From an uncultured Actinomycetes bacterium (GTDB taxonomy: Bacteria; Actinomycetota; UBA4738; HRBIN12): a stretch of 64,000 bases of DNA. Where the stretch lies: contig CAVTIC010000006.1 of NCBI GenBank assembly GCA_963734685.1, positions 211,320-275,319 of the forward strand. Reading direction: 5' to 3'. The notes under the pieces were generated by a model. It searched no databases and had not been told where the DNA came from. It saw nothing but the letters and a program-made list of their open reading frames with translations. Position numbers and translations under genes: made by a program. Below, piece by piece: positions 49,531-60,511 of this stretch (position 1 is the stretch's first letter; every line of letters begins with the position of its first letter).

Positions 49531-52500
49531 CTACTCCTCCCGGAGGATCTCGGTCGGCCTGAGGCGGCGGAGGACCCTCGTCGCGGTCACGCCCGCGACG
49601 AGGGTCGCCGCAAGCACCAACGCCGCCAGCGTCAGTAGGTGCCCGATCGGGAAGGTCACGGTGGGGTCCAGGATGAACAGTGCCCGCAGGATGAGCACGA
49701 GCAGGACGGCGACCCCTGAACCCACCAGGATCCCGGCGATCAGGCCGCAGACCGCCACCAGCGCGGCCTCGGCCAGCACCATCGCTTGAAGCTCCCGTAC
49801 GTGCAGACCCTGTGCCCGAAGGGTCACGTACTCCCTGCGCCGCTGCAGCATCAGGCCGAAGACGAAGATCGCGATCGTCGCGACGCTCATCAGCAACACG
49901 TAGAAGGAATCGAGACGCACCAAGCCGACGATGTTCAGCGCCGTCAGGCTGGACTGGTCCTTGTCCAGGGCCGTCTCTGAGGAGTCGATGTGGATCGGGT
50001 CGCTGGCGCCGGGACCCGACCGGAGCGCGGCGATCGCTCGGTTCAGACCTGCGCGGCTGTCGTCGGTCACCTCGGCCAGGAAGAAGTCGACGCTCTGACG
50101 CCCCGTGGCCTCCTGGTACCGACCGAGGTTCACGACGAGGTTCGCGCCCTCCGGGAACCCAGGGAAGCGCTCGAACAGGCCGACCACGCGGAAGCGCTCC
50201 TGGGTCTCCCGCGCGGTCCCCAGGGCGAGGATGACCTCGACCGCGTCGCCCGTATCGACCGAGAGGTCATCCGCCGTCTCCGCGTCGACCATGAGCCCTC
50301 TCGGGTCCGCCTCGAGAGCCGCCAGCGCGCCGGTGGCCGAGCGATCCACGAAGAACTGATCCGGCAGCGGCGCGACCCGGGCGAAGCTCGCGGGATCGAT
50401 GGCGGCGAGGTTCGCTCGGGCCTGGTTGTAGGGCCCGATCAGCACCGAGTTCTCGAGATCGAACACCACCGGTGTCACGGCGGACACACCGGCGACGGTG
50501 AGCCATGAGCCGTCGCTCGCTCGACGTGGACCGGTGCCCACGACGCTGGGCGTGATGCGGAGGTCCGACCCGACGAAGAACCTCGAGTCGGCCGTCTTCG
50601 CCGCGTCGTAGGTCGCGCTGAAGATGGCGAGGCTCGTCCCGAAACCGACCACGAGACCGAGTCCGATGATCCCGGTGGCGAGCGCCCAGGATCTCCGTCG
50701 CAGGCTGCGGCCCAAGACCCCGTGAACCACCGACCCGAACGGGTCGGTGGAGCGCAACGGAAGACGCGCCGCGACGGCCAAGAACAGTCGAACGCAGAGC
50801 AGGAGGCCCCCGACCCAGACCATCAGGGGCGCGAGCAACAGCCTGGCCGGCACCGAGATCGCCACACCGGAGTAGACGGACCCCGACGGGGGGTCGAAGG
50901 CGCCGGTGCGGAGCGCGAGGACCCCGGCGATGCCGGCAGCTGCGAGCAGGACGAGGTCGAGGTGCAGACGCCGCCAGGCCGGGACCTGTGCCACGTGCAT
51001 CTGCCGGCGCTCCTGGTTGATCTCGCGGCCGACCGAACGGCGTGCGGGGACGTACAGGGCAAGGGTCGTGAGCGTCGCACCGACGGCGACCGCGATGAGC
51101 CCGGAGATCGCGAGCTCCTGCCGGGAGGCGTGGAAGATCACCGCTCGTCCCAGGATCGCCGTCGCCGATCCGAGTCCGAGCGCGATCCCGAGGATCGAGC
51201 CCGCGACGGCGAACGCGAGCGCCTTGTAGACCGCGATCCGTCGCAGGTGCCCTCGATGGGCCCCGCGGACCCGCAGGTTCGCCTGTTCCCGACGTTGTGC
51301 CGAGGCCAGGATGCCGACGGCGTACGCGGCGAGGAACACCGCCATCAGCAGGCCGGGCACCCCGAGGAACAAGAACATCCGCTTGCCCACGGCCGCGTCA
51401 TCGCGGGCAACGGCGAGCGTGTTGGAGATGTTGTCGATGAGGTAGTCCTGGCCAGGGCCGATCCGGTCGATGGCCCGCGAGATGCGTCTCGTCTGCGCGA
51501 GGGCCGTGCCCGGGTCCGCCTCCAGCCGGGCTCGATCCACGAGCACGTCGAGTTCCTGCACCGGGAAGCTCTTGGTGACGCTGCCCACCGAGGCCCTGGC
51601 TGCGTCGAACGCGGGGACGATCTCGTCCCGGAACGTCGAGGGGGTCACCACCACCACATCGGGGACGTAGAGGAAGTCCTCGAGTTTCGTGGAGTTCCGG
51701 CTGGAGAACAGCGACCGTGCGCGTGCCAGGTCGACCACGCCGCTCACCGGCAGGGAGAGCGGGGTTCTGCGGCCGGGGAGGCGCAACTCGACCGTGGCGC
51801 CGGGCCCCGCGACCAGAGCCTCTCCCGCCTCGGCGCTCAACAGCGCCGACCCGGGCCGGAAGCCCCCGGCGGTGAGCCGGATCGACGGGTAATGCTCCTG
51901 ATAGCGACGGTCGAACGCGAAGACACGCACCGGGCGTCGGATCCTGACGCCACCCGATGCGAGCGAGCCCGGCGGAAGATCGACGTAGCCGAGCCCGTCC
52001 GCAGCCGCGACCCCCGGGATCGACGCCACCTGATCCGCCATCTCCTCCAGTGCCGGCGCCGGCGGGACGTTCGCCGGGATCGGCACCACCTGTTCACGGC
52101 CGGAGACCGTGCCGTGAAGCCCGACCGCCGTCGCATCGTCGACGCCCTGCTCGGCCCGGACGACGTAGGTGATCGTCACGGTGGCTCCGGGACCGATCCT
52201 TCCGATGTTCATGCCGATGCCCGCCGGACCGTGAGCCAGGGGGCTCTCGCCGTCCGACGTCGGGCAGCGGGTCGCCGTCCATGACCGTGGTGCCCTGCAC
52301 GTAGGTGAGCGGCGGCGGCGGCACGTCGTTCACCACCACCTCGTTCGCCGGCGCGGCGTTCCCGTTCGTCACCGTGAGCGTGATCGTGGCCTCCTGCCCG
52401 GGACCGAGCGGCCCCGGCGTCGAGAGCCGTTCCGTCAAGCTGAGGCCGCCGCCGGGCCGAGCGGTCAGCACCCGCTGGATGTCGAGGGCGAGGGGCGCGA

Positions 52501-52645
52501 CGGCCCGCGCCGTCATCGTGGCGCCCGAGCCGTCCATGAAGAACAGGACGCCGGAGAACAGGCCGATCCCGAGCGTCACCCCGACCAGCGAGGCCAGGGT
52601 GCGTCGAGGATTGTGCAGCAGATCACGCCAGACGTACCTAAGCAC
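49531..52645 (-). pseudogene. MacB/FtsX-like ABC transporter permease (two FtsX domains) with one frame change near 52225-52245
   Basis: N-terminal 135 aa ([30 protein letters not shown]...) are in track ORF 52094..52681; the rest is ORF 49531..52212. The junction lies at a CCCCC run (gagccccctggc). Confidence 0.7.
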
Positions 52646-53369
52646 GGGGTGGCGTGGGGGTCGGCGATCCTGCCTCCGCACCGGCGGGGTCCGCCCGATC
52701 CGTCAGGTGCCCGTCGCGCATGCCGACGGTCCGGTCCAACCGTCGGGCCACCTCCGGCTCGTGGGTGACGAGCACCAGGGTCGCGCCGGAGACGCGCTGA
52801 GCGGCGAGCAGGAGGTTCACCACGTCCACCGCGTTCTCGGCGTCGAGCGAGCCGGTCGGTTCATCCGCGACGATCAGGCTCGGTCGGTGGACGAGGGCGC
52901 GGGCCACAGCCACGCGCTGGCGCTGGCCCCCGGACAGCTGGTCCGGGAACCTGTCCGCTTCGTCCGCGAGTCCGAGCTGGGTCAGCAACTCGATGCTTCG
53001 CGCGTTGCCGTCATCGATGCCGTTCAGCGAGCACTGCACGCTCACGTTCTCGGTGGCCGTCAGGAACGGCAGCAGGTTGTCGGATTGGAAGACGAACCCG
53101 ATCTCGTGCCGGCGCAGGCGATCGCGGTCCACCTCGGGCAGCGTCGAGATCTGCCGGCCGCCGATCCAGACGTGACCCTCGGTGGGGGCATCGAGACCGC
53201 CGATCAGACCCAGCAGGGTCGACTTGCCGCACCCGCTCGGTCCGGTGATCGCGATGCTGGTTCCGGGCTGCACGTCGAGGCTGACCCGTTCGACGGCCCG
53301 GACCACCCCGGCCGGGGTCTCGTACCGCTTCGCCACCTCGTTCAGCTCGACGCCCCCCCGTGCGCTCAC
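52638..53369 (-). CDS. ABC transporter ATP-binding protein (second ATPase of the MacB-like system)
   Basis: Walker [10 protein letters not shown], signature LSGGQRQRV, Walker [16 protein letters not shown] start overlaps the upstream gene stop. Confidence 0.8.
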   Translation of the reverse strand: MSARGGVELNEVAKRYETPAGVVRAVERVSLDVQPGTSIAITGPSGCGKSTLLGLIGGLDAPTEGHVWIGGRQISTLPEVDRDRLRRHEIGFVFQSDNLLPFLTATENVSVQCSLNGIDDGNARSIELLTQLGLADEADRFPDQLSGGQRQRVAVARALVHRPSLIVADEPTGSLDAENAVDVVNLLLAAQRVSGATLVLVTHEPEVARRLDRTVGMRDGHLTDRADPAGAEAGSPTPTPPRA

Positions 53370-54122
53370 AGGTCGTGCACCACGCCGTCTTCGAGCACCA
53401 GTGAACGTTCGGCGCGTGCGGCAAGCTCGCGATCGTGGGTGACGAACAGCACGGTCAGTCCGCGCCGGCGCCAGGCGTCGAAGATGACGTCCATGACACG
53501 ATCCGCGTTCGCCGAGTCGAGCTGGCCGGTGACCTCGTCGGCCAGGAGCAGGTCGGGCCGATTCGCCATCGCCACCGCCACGGACACACGCTGGCCTTCC
53601 CCACCCGACATCCGGTGGGGGAGGTGATGGAGACGGTCGCCGACGCCGAGCTCTTCGAGCAGTTCCTCCGCCTTGCCTCCCCTGCGAGCCCCGCCCCCGA
53701 GCTCCATGGCGAGCTCGACGTTCTGGAGCGGCCGTGAGGAACGGGATCAGGTTGCCGCTCTGGAGCACGACCCCGACCCGTCGGGCTCGGAGCCCCGCCC
53801 TGGTGACGTCATCGAGCCCGGTGATCTCGTCGCCGTCGAAGACCACCCTGCCCGAGTCGGGCAGCATCAGCCCGGCGAGCAGGGAGATCAGCGTGGACTT
53901 CCCGCTGCCCGACCGACCGATGAGGCTCGTCATCTCGCCGCGGGGGATCTCCAGGTTCGCGCCGCAGAGGACCGGCCGGTCTGCCGAGCCTTCCTTGTAG
54001 GAGAGAGAGACATCCTGGAGCCGCACGAGCGGCCCCGACGCCCCCGGAAGCGGGTCCTCCTCGGAGGTCGTTCGCGGGATCGGAAGGTCGGGTCCCATGC
54101 CGGGCCGGCCCCCTGCCCTCAT
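53366..54122 (-). pseudogene. ABC transporter ATP-binding protein (first ATPase), one frame change near 53710-53740
   Basis: N-terminal part with Walker A GRSGSGKST in ORF 52638..54122; C-terminal part (signature MSGGEGQRV, Walker B LLLADEVTGQLD) in ORF 53366..53707. Confidence 0.7.
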
Positions 54123-55066
54123 CTGCTCCGCTTGGCCGGCTTGGAGCCGCCGAACACGGTCGGGGCGTACACGGCGGCGTTGCGGTCCAGCTTCATGACC
54201 TCTGCGCTGAGCTCAGCCAGCGCTTTGGCACCGAGTTGGACCGCGTTGACGAGCTCTTCGGTCTCCTGGGCGACGCCCGCCAGCGGCTCGGTGAGGATCC
54301 CGCCCACGCCTGGTCCCCAGTACTTGTTCTCGGTGCCCTGCTCCTGGATGACGACCACGTCGGTGAAGCACTTGAACGGGACGCAGGTCTTCGCTCCGAC
54401 CTTGACGACCTCGGCCGAGGACTGCTCCCCCCCTGGGATCTGCACCTGATAGAAGGGCGGGGTCCCGGTCTTCGGATCCCCAGGCATGTACATGCCGGTG
54501 GTGGCTCCGTTCACACCGGCGAGCCAGGCGTCCTGTGCGTTGAGGAATTGCCCCCCCTCGTAGGCCTCCGTGTAGGAGCCGACGTACCAGACGTTCCCCC
54601 CCTCGTCCTCGGCCAGGTAGTCGATGGATTGCTCGCTGAGCTGACCACCGTTGTAGTCCTGATCCAGGACCAACACCGCGCGCACTCCGTTGACCACCTT
54701 CGTCACATCGGTGATCGTCGTGACGCGGACGTGCGGCAGATGTCGGTCGCCGACGTTCACGAAGCCCTTGCTGACCGTCTGGAGCCCGGGTGTCAGGGGC
54801 ATCCACGGGTTCACGTCGGTCAGGGAAGCACTGAAGTGCTTCGGGTCGAACGTTGACGGGATCTTCGCGGGCGGGCTCGGGGTCGACCCCGAGCCCGATC
54901 CCGAGCTCGGGGACTTCGTTCCCTCCGTGGGGGCAGGGGTCGAGGGGGCAGCGACCGAGGTCGGTGCGGTCGGGGCCTGCGCGCCCTCCTCGCCGCCGCA
55001 CGAGGCGAGGGCACCGAGGCACACGCCTCCCGCCATGGCAGCCGACACGAACCGCTTCCCGAGCAT
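54119..55066 (-). CDS. Lipoprotein, same uncharacterized family (paralog C), first gene of the MacB-like ABC operon
   Basis: Lipobox LGALASC. Shares DVNPWMPLTPGLQTV, GNVWYVGSYTEAYEGG, GAKTCVPFKCFTDV, KLDRNA blocks with paralogs A and B. ATGA overlap with the ATPase gene. Confidence 0.65.
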   Translation of the reverse strand: MLGKRFVSAAMAGGVCLGALASCGGEEGAQAPTAPTSVAAPSTPAPTEGTKSPSSGSGSGSTPSPPAKIPSTFDPKHFSASLTDVNPWMPLTPGLQTVSKGFVNVGDRHLPHVRVTTITDVTKVVNGVRAVLVLDQDYNGGQLSEQSIDYLAEDEGGNVWYVGSYTEAYEGGQFLNAQDAWLAGVNGATTGMYMPGDPKTGTPPFYQVQIPGGEQSSAEVVKVGAKTCVPFKCFTDVVVIQEQGTENKYWGPGVGGILTEPLAGVAQETEELVNAVQLGAKALAELSAEVMKLDRNAAVYAPTVFGGSKPAKRSR

Positions 55067-55212
55067 GCCGAGATGCTATCCAATGGAACATGAGAGGAAG
55101 CTGAAGACGATGGCCGGTGCGCTCGGGGACTTGAACCCCGAATCTGCGCCCAAGCAACACCCCTCGGCGACGATGGAGGCGCGTCGAGGGGCGGCCTGCG
55201 TCATGATGAGGC

Positions 55213-58200
55213 GTGCCCGCCCTCAGTGACCTGCCGACGGGAACCGTCACGTTCCTGTTCACCGACATCGAGGGCAGCACGCGGCTCGTCCAGAACCTGG
55301 GTGACGCGTACCCGCCGCTGCTCGAGCAGCATCACGACATCGTGCGGTCGGCGGTCGAGGTGAACGACGGCCTGGTCGTCAGCACGGAGGGCGACTCGTT
55401 CTTCGCCGTCTTCCCGGCCGCACCCGCGGCCCTGCGCGCCGCGGTTGAGGCGCAGCTCGCGCTCGAGCGGCATCCGTGGCCCGACGACGCACGGATCCGC
55501 GTGCGCATGGGGCTCCACACGTGCGAGGGACGGATCGGCGCAGGGTCCTACGTGGGGGTCGAGGTGCATCGCGGCGCGAGGATCGGCGCGGCCGGTCACG
55601 GCGGTCAGGTGCTCGTCTCGGCCAGCGCCGCGCAGCTCGCCGAACGCGCCCTGCCCCCCGGGGTGTCCCTGACCGACCTCGGAGAGCATCGGCTCAAGGA
55701 CCTGCTGCAGCCGGAGCGCATCTTCCAGGTGGAGCATCCGGCGCTCGAAGCCGAGTTCCCGCCCCTCAAGACCCTCACCGACCGCCCGAACAACCTGCCC
55801 ACGCAGACCTCCGAGCTCGTGGGGCGGGATCGGGAGCTCCGCGAGATCCGGGACCTGCTCGCCGACCCCGCCGTGCGCCTGCTGACGTTGATCGGGCCGG
55901 GGGGCATCGGCAAGACCAGGCTGGCGCTGCAGGTCGGCGCGGAGCATGCGGACCTCTCGCCCGACGGCGTCTATTTCGTCGATCTCTCACCGGTGACCGA
56001 CGCCGATGCGGCGTTCGACGCCGTCGCGCGGGCGGTGGGTGCGTCCGGCAGCGGCGGCCCGCTCGACCTCCTGCGCGAGCACCTTGCGTCGCGGCGCGTG
56101 CTCCTGGTGCTCGACAACCTGGAGCAGGTGATGGACGCAGCGAGCGGCATCGCCGAGCTGCTGCGATCGAGCCCGGGTCTTCGGGTCCTCGTGACGAGCC
56201 GGGAGGCGCTGCGGATCCGCGGCGAGCGCCTCTTCGCCGTGCCGCCGCTGACGCTTCCCGACGACGTCGCGTCCGCGGACGCCGTCGAGCGTTCGGCGGC
56301 GGGACGACTCTTCGTCGAGCGAGCGCGTGACGCCCGTCCGGGGTTCGAGCTCACCGATGACGACGCCGAGGACGTGGCCGAGATCTGCGTTCGGCTCGAC
56401 GGGCTCCCCCTCGCGATCGAGCTGGCGGCCGCCCGGATCGCGCTGTTCTCCCCGGGCGAGCTGCGGGACCGGCTGCGCGAGCACGCCGGCGTCCTCGGCG
56501 GCGGCACCCGCGACCTCCCGGAGCGGCAGCAGACCTTGCGGAGCACGATCGAGTGGAGCGAGCGCCTCCTCGACGAGGACGAGCGCTCGACGTTCCGGCT
56601 GTTCTCGGTCTTCGCGTCCGCTCGCATCGAGGCGGTGGAGGCGGTCGCCGCACGGTTGGACGGCGGCGCCGGAACGGACGTGCTCCCGCGACTGGTGTCG
56701 CTCGTCGACAAGAGCCTCGTCCGCAGCCTCGACGAGGACGGTCACCGCCGGCTCGCGATGCTCGAGACGATCCGCGACTACGCCGCCGAGCGGCTCGACG
56801 AGCTGTCGGAGCAGCGCGACGCCGCTCGGCGCGCGCACGCGGAGCACTTCGCCGACGTCGCGCACGAGCGGCGGGAGCGCCTCACCGGCCGGGAGCGGGC
56901 GGAGGTCCTCGCCGAGCTGGAAGCCGACCTCGGCAACCTGCGTGCCGCGTGGCGCTACTGGGTGGAGGCCGGCGACCTCGGGCGACTCGACGCGATGCTC
57001 GACGCGCTGTGGACGTTGCACGACGACCGCGGCTGGTACCACGGGGCGATCTCGCTCTCGAACGACCTGCTCGCGGTGCTCTCGGCAGCGCCGGCGACGG
57101 CTGAGCGCACCGCCCAGGAGATCACGGTGCGGACGAGCCTGGCCCGCGGGCTCATGGCGATCCGCGGGTACACGCAGGAGGTCGAGGACATGTTCGCGGC
57201 CGCGCTCGCCCAGCTCGAGGAGACCGGAGAGCCCTCGGACGCGGTGCCGCTGTTGCGGAGCCTCGCCGCGTTCTACCTGTATCGCGCTGACTTCGACAAG
57301 GGCAACAAGATCGGGCGCCGGCTCCTGGAACTCGCCGAACGACAGCAGGACCCCGCGCTCCAGGCGGAGGGGCATCTGCGCGTCGGCACGAACCTCGTAT
57401 CGCTTGGCCATGTCGACGAGGGTCTCGAGCACCTCGATCGTGCGATCGGATTGTTCGACCCGCAGCGGCAGGCCTCGGGGCGGCTGCGCCTGGGCCCGAG
57501 CCCCGGGATCGTGCCCTACACGACGTCGGCGTTCGTGCTGTGGTCGATCGGGCATCCTGCGCGGGCGGTCGAACGTGGTGCGGGTGCCTTGCGCCTCGCG
57601 GCGGAGCTGCGTCACCCGTACAGTGCGGCGTACGCGCTCTTCCACGTGGCCTTCCTCGACATGTGGCGCAGGGACTGGTCGAGCGTGCACGAGCGGGCGT
57701 CGCAGGTTCGGGACATCGCCGAGGAGCACGACTACCAGGTGTGGAGGGCGCTCGCACTCATCTTCCTCGGCGTGTCGGAAGCGGCGCTGGGCCGCCCGGC
57801 CGAGGGGATGGCGCTCAGCGATCAGGGGTTCGCTCGTTACCAGGACCTCACGACGCCGCCGGTCTTCTGGCCGCTGCTGCTGTCGGTGCGCGCACGGGGA
57901 TTCGGGATGGCCAGCCGGCCCGAGGAAGGTCTCGAACCGGTCGACCAGGCGATCGAGCTGATGCAGGGCCGCGATAACGTCCTGTTTCCCCAGCTGCCGT
58001 TGGTCAAGGGCGACCTGCTCGCTGCCACGTCGGGTGCGGCCGACGCTCGAGGCTCGTTCCGCGACGCCTTCGACGCGGCGGACGCAGCCGGGGCCCGCAT
58101 GTGGCAGCTCCGCGCCGCCACCCGGCTCGCGGAGCTGCGTTCGGCCTCGGGTGAGCCGGCGGGCGAGGAGCGCGCCGCGCTCCGGGCGGTCTACGAGACG

Positions 58201-58269
58201 TTCGCCGAAGAGTCCGACACGGCGGACCTCGCCGACGCGCGCATCGCCCTCGGGGACAGCGGGCCCTGA
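55213..58269 (+). CDS. Class III adenylyl/guanylyl cyclase domain fused to an NB-ARC/AAA ATPase (STAND) and TPR repeats; no C-terminal LuxR HTH
   Basis: N-terminal CHD (VTFLFTDIEGSTRL...GLHTCEG...GVEVHRGARIGAAGHGGQVLVS), P-loop GPGGIGKTRLA, and long helical TPR-like C-terminus. 1018 aa without stops. Confidence 0.85.
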   Translation: MPALSDLPTGTVTFLFTDIEGSTRLVQNLGDAYPPLLEQHHDIVRSAVEVNDGLVVSTEGDSFFAVFPAAPAALRAAVEAQLALERHPWPDDARIRVRMGLHTCEGRIGAGSYVGVEVHRGARIGAAGHGGQVLVSASAAQLAERALPPGVSLTDLGEHRLKDLLQPERIFQVEHPALEAEFPPLKTLTDRPNNLPTQTSELVGRDRELREIRDLLADPAVRLLTLIGPGGIGKTRLALQVGAEHADLSPDGVYFVDLSPVTDADAAFDAVARAVGASGSGGPLDLLREHLASRRVLLVLDNLEQVMDAASGIAELLRSSPGLRVLVTSREALRIRGERLFAVPPLTLPDDVASADAVERSAAGRLFVERARDARPGFELTDDDAEDVAEICVRLDGLPLAIELAAARIALFSPGELRDRLREHAGVLGGGTRDLPERQQTLRSTIEWSERLLDEDERSTFRLFSVFASARIEAVEAVAARLDGGAGTDVLPRLVSLVDKSLVRSLDEDGHRRLAMLETIRDYAAERLDELSEQRDAARRAHAEHFADVAHERRERLTGRERAEVLAELEADLGNLRAAWRYWVEAGDLGRLDAMLDALWTLHDDRGWYHGAISLSNDLLAVLSAAPATAERTAQEITVRTSLARGLMAIRGYTQEVEDMFAAALAQLEETGEPSDAVPLLRSLAAFYLYRADFDKGNKIGRRLLELAERQQDPALQAEGHLRVGTNLVSLGHVDEGLEHLDRAIGLFDPQRQASGRLRLGPSPGIVPYTTSAFVLWSIGHPARAVERGAGALRLAAELRHPYSAAYALFHVAFLDMWRRDWSSVHERASQVRDIAEEHDYQVWRALALIFLGVSEAALGRPAEGMALSDQGFARYQDLTTPPVFWPLLLSVRARGFGMASRPEEGLEPVDQAIELMQGRDNVLFPQLPLVKGDLLAATSGAADARGSFRDAFDAADAAGARMWQLRAATRLAELRSASGEPAGEERAALRAVYETFAEESDTADLADARIALGDSGP

Positions 58270-58740
58270 CGGGGCAAGGAACGGGCCTGGCCGATCACCA
58301 GAACCTCCTACTCGACGAGGCTGCATCGCTCCTCGCGCGCCTATCGTCACCGCTGTCCAGCCCCACCACCGCGCGGTGGTGGTTCAGGGAGACGTTGACC
58401 ATCAGTGTGCCGATGGAGGGACAGGACAACCTCGCCCTGGAAGTCCCGTATCAGACCACTGGCTTTGCCCTCATCACTGTTGGCCGCGACGTGAACGATG
58501 ACCCCGACTTCGTCCTCTGGGAAATGGACGCCTTCCCGACCGACCGGCCGGGAGAGGCGATCGTGCAGGCGCTGCGCTGGCTGGAGGACGAGATACTCGA
58601 TACGACCGCTGCGGAAGAAGCGGCCGAGTCCGACGGCGAGTCGGAAGAGGACGCCTGATTGTCGGCGTAGGCGGCGGACGTTCTCACACCTCCGCGATTT
58701 TTCGACGGCGGCGGATGATCCTCGCCTGTTCTTGCGCCTC

Positions 58741-58768
58741 GTATACCAATCGTTTCTTTGGTATACGC
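58741..58768. promoter_or_regulatory. Perfect 10-bp inverted repeat CGTATACCAA-N8-TTGGTATACG just upstream of the serine recombinase start (coordinates approximate)
   Basis: Read directly; AT-rich relative to surroundings. Candidate recombinase binding/crossover site or operator. Confidence 0.4.
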
Positions 58769-58775
58769 TTCCGTC

Positions 58776-59417
58776 ATGCAGAGAGCCGTCGGATACGTGC
58801 GAGTGAGCACAGAGGAGCAGGGAACGTCCGGGGCTGGCCTGGAGGCGCAGCGTCGAGCCATCCGTCGCGAGGCGAAGCACCGAGGGTGGACGCTCATCGA
58901 CATCCACCAAGACGTCGCCTCGGGCAAGAGCATGAAGCGTCGCCCGGGTCTCGAATCGGCGATCGCTTCATTGTCGGCCGAGGAGGGCGACCTCCTGGTC
59001 GTATCCAAGCTCGACAGACTCTCCCGATCGGTCTCGGACTTCGCCCGATTCATGGAGGAGCGTGCACGGCTCAACGGGTGGGAACTCGTCGTCCTCGACC
59101 TCGGGGTGGATACATCCACGCCAACGGGCGAGATGTTCGCGAACATGATGGTGACCCTCGCCCAGTGGGAACGGAGGATCATCGGAGAACGGACGAGAGA
59201 TGGCCTTGCCGCGAAGCGTGCGGCTGGCGTCCGGCTCGGGCGGCCACCCGTGTTGCCGTCCTCCACGGTTCGTCGCATCCGAAGCCTCCGCTCGCGGGGG
59301 CACTCGTTCGCCGAGATCTCGCGTCGCCTGAACGCCGACGGGACGCCGACGGCTCACCCTCCGAGCCGATGGCATGCCGCTACGGTGAAGAAGGTCGTCG
59401 AGCGTCGCTCTAGGTGA
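58776..59417 (+). CDS. Serine recombinase (resolvase/invertase family)
   Basis: Canonical N-terminus MQRAVGYVRVSTEEQ (catalytic Ser) and C-terminal HTH (GHSFAEISRRLN). The track ORF starts 18 nt earlier at a non-ATG codon. Confidence 0.85.
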   Translation: MQRAVGYVRVSTEEQGTSGAGLEAQRRAIRREAKHRGWTLIDIHQDVASGKSMKRRPGLESAIASLSAEEGDLLVVSKLDRLSRSVSDFARFMEERARLNGWELVVLDLGVDTSTPTGEMFANMMVTLAQWERRIIGERTRDGLAAKRAAGVRLGRPPVLPSSTVRRIRSLRSRGHSFAEISRRLNADGTPTAHPPSRWHAATVKKVVERRSR

Positions 59418-59998
59418 GCGATGCCGTTCAGCGTTCGTCTCCGATGAAGGACACGGGCAGGGCCGGTGACTCCCCTTGGCCATCCGCTTTGTTCTCGACC
59501 TCTTTGACCTGCTGACCATCGAGTTCGGTTATGAGTTCGACCAGGCGCTGTGAGGCGTCGATGTTGAGGTTCTGTGTGCTCTGGGACCCATCCCAGTTCG
59601 ATCGAGGATCGCCTGTGCGGTCCGCACCCGGATGGCGTGATCAGGACCGACATCGACGACGAGACCGTGGCGATCGAGCTGCCGGAGGACCGCGTCCAGT
59701 GCTTCCTGGAGGCGTGTGACGGCCGAGGGCTGGAGTAGCTAGTAAGGGGTCCCCGCGCGTTTGGAAGTGGTTGCCTCCGAGTCTTGGTGGGTCGGCGTGG
59801 TTCACCGTGCGGACTTTCGTCATCCCTACCTTGTAGTTCGCCTGGGCTCCTATGCAGACTGACCTTCCCCAACACGCATCGCCCTGCCGCTCACGAGCCG
59901 AGACACCATCGGCGGGTGCCAGCACCCGCCGCCTCTCGGTAGCAGCTCCTCGGTTTCGAGACGGTCGGCGATCTGACGGTACGAGAGCCCTTGCTTCC

Positions 59999-60392
59999 TC
60001 AGCCGCTTCGCGAACTTGATAGCTCGCTGCTCGTCGGGAACCGCCACGAGCGAACCGCCGTCTGCCCGGTAGCCGTAGCGTGGTCGACCCGGCGGTCGAG
60101 CGCCGCCGCGAAGAAAGCCGAAGCGGACTTGAGGATCTCGTTGGCCCGTCGGAGTTCTTTGACCTCGCGCTCCAGGCGGCGCATCTCCTCGCGCTCACTG
60201 GTGGTCAGGCCGGGTCGCCGTCCCTGGTCTCGTTCGACCTGGCGGACCCAAGAACGAAGCGTCTCGGCCGACATGCCGGACTTGCCCGACACCGAGCGTC
60301 GCCCACTGCGACGGATACTCGGGCTCGTGCTCGAAGACCATCCGGACCGCTCGCTCGCGGACCTCAGGTGGGTACTTGGTCGATCTGGTCAT
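59999..60392 (-). mobile_element. IS3-family orfA remnant (HTH transposase), internally frameshifted, no orfB
   Basis: [31 protein letters not shown] (ORF 60195..60569 frame) continues as ...[56 protein letters not shown] (ORF 59999..60292 frame). No DDE transposase follows. Confidence 0.6.
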
Positions 60393-60511
60393 GGCTCCAT
60401 CCTCTCGGTTCAGAGCGGCCAAACGCTCGATGTCTTTGTGCAAAGTGGGAAGCCGCCCCCAGCCTGTGGGACCATCGGGCAGAGACATCCCCGACAGGGA
60501 AGAAGGTACGT

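Noticed and set aside
59420-59998. Possible IS3 orfB (DDE transposase) downstream of the orfA remnant
   Set aside because: Translations of all minus-strand frames give no DDE/HSDRG-type motifs. Only a short low-GC ORF of unknown affinity (...ASQRLVELITELDGQQVKEVENKADGQGES...).
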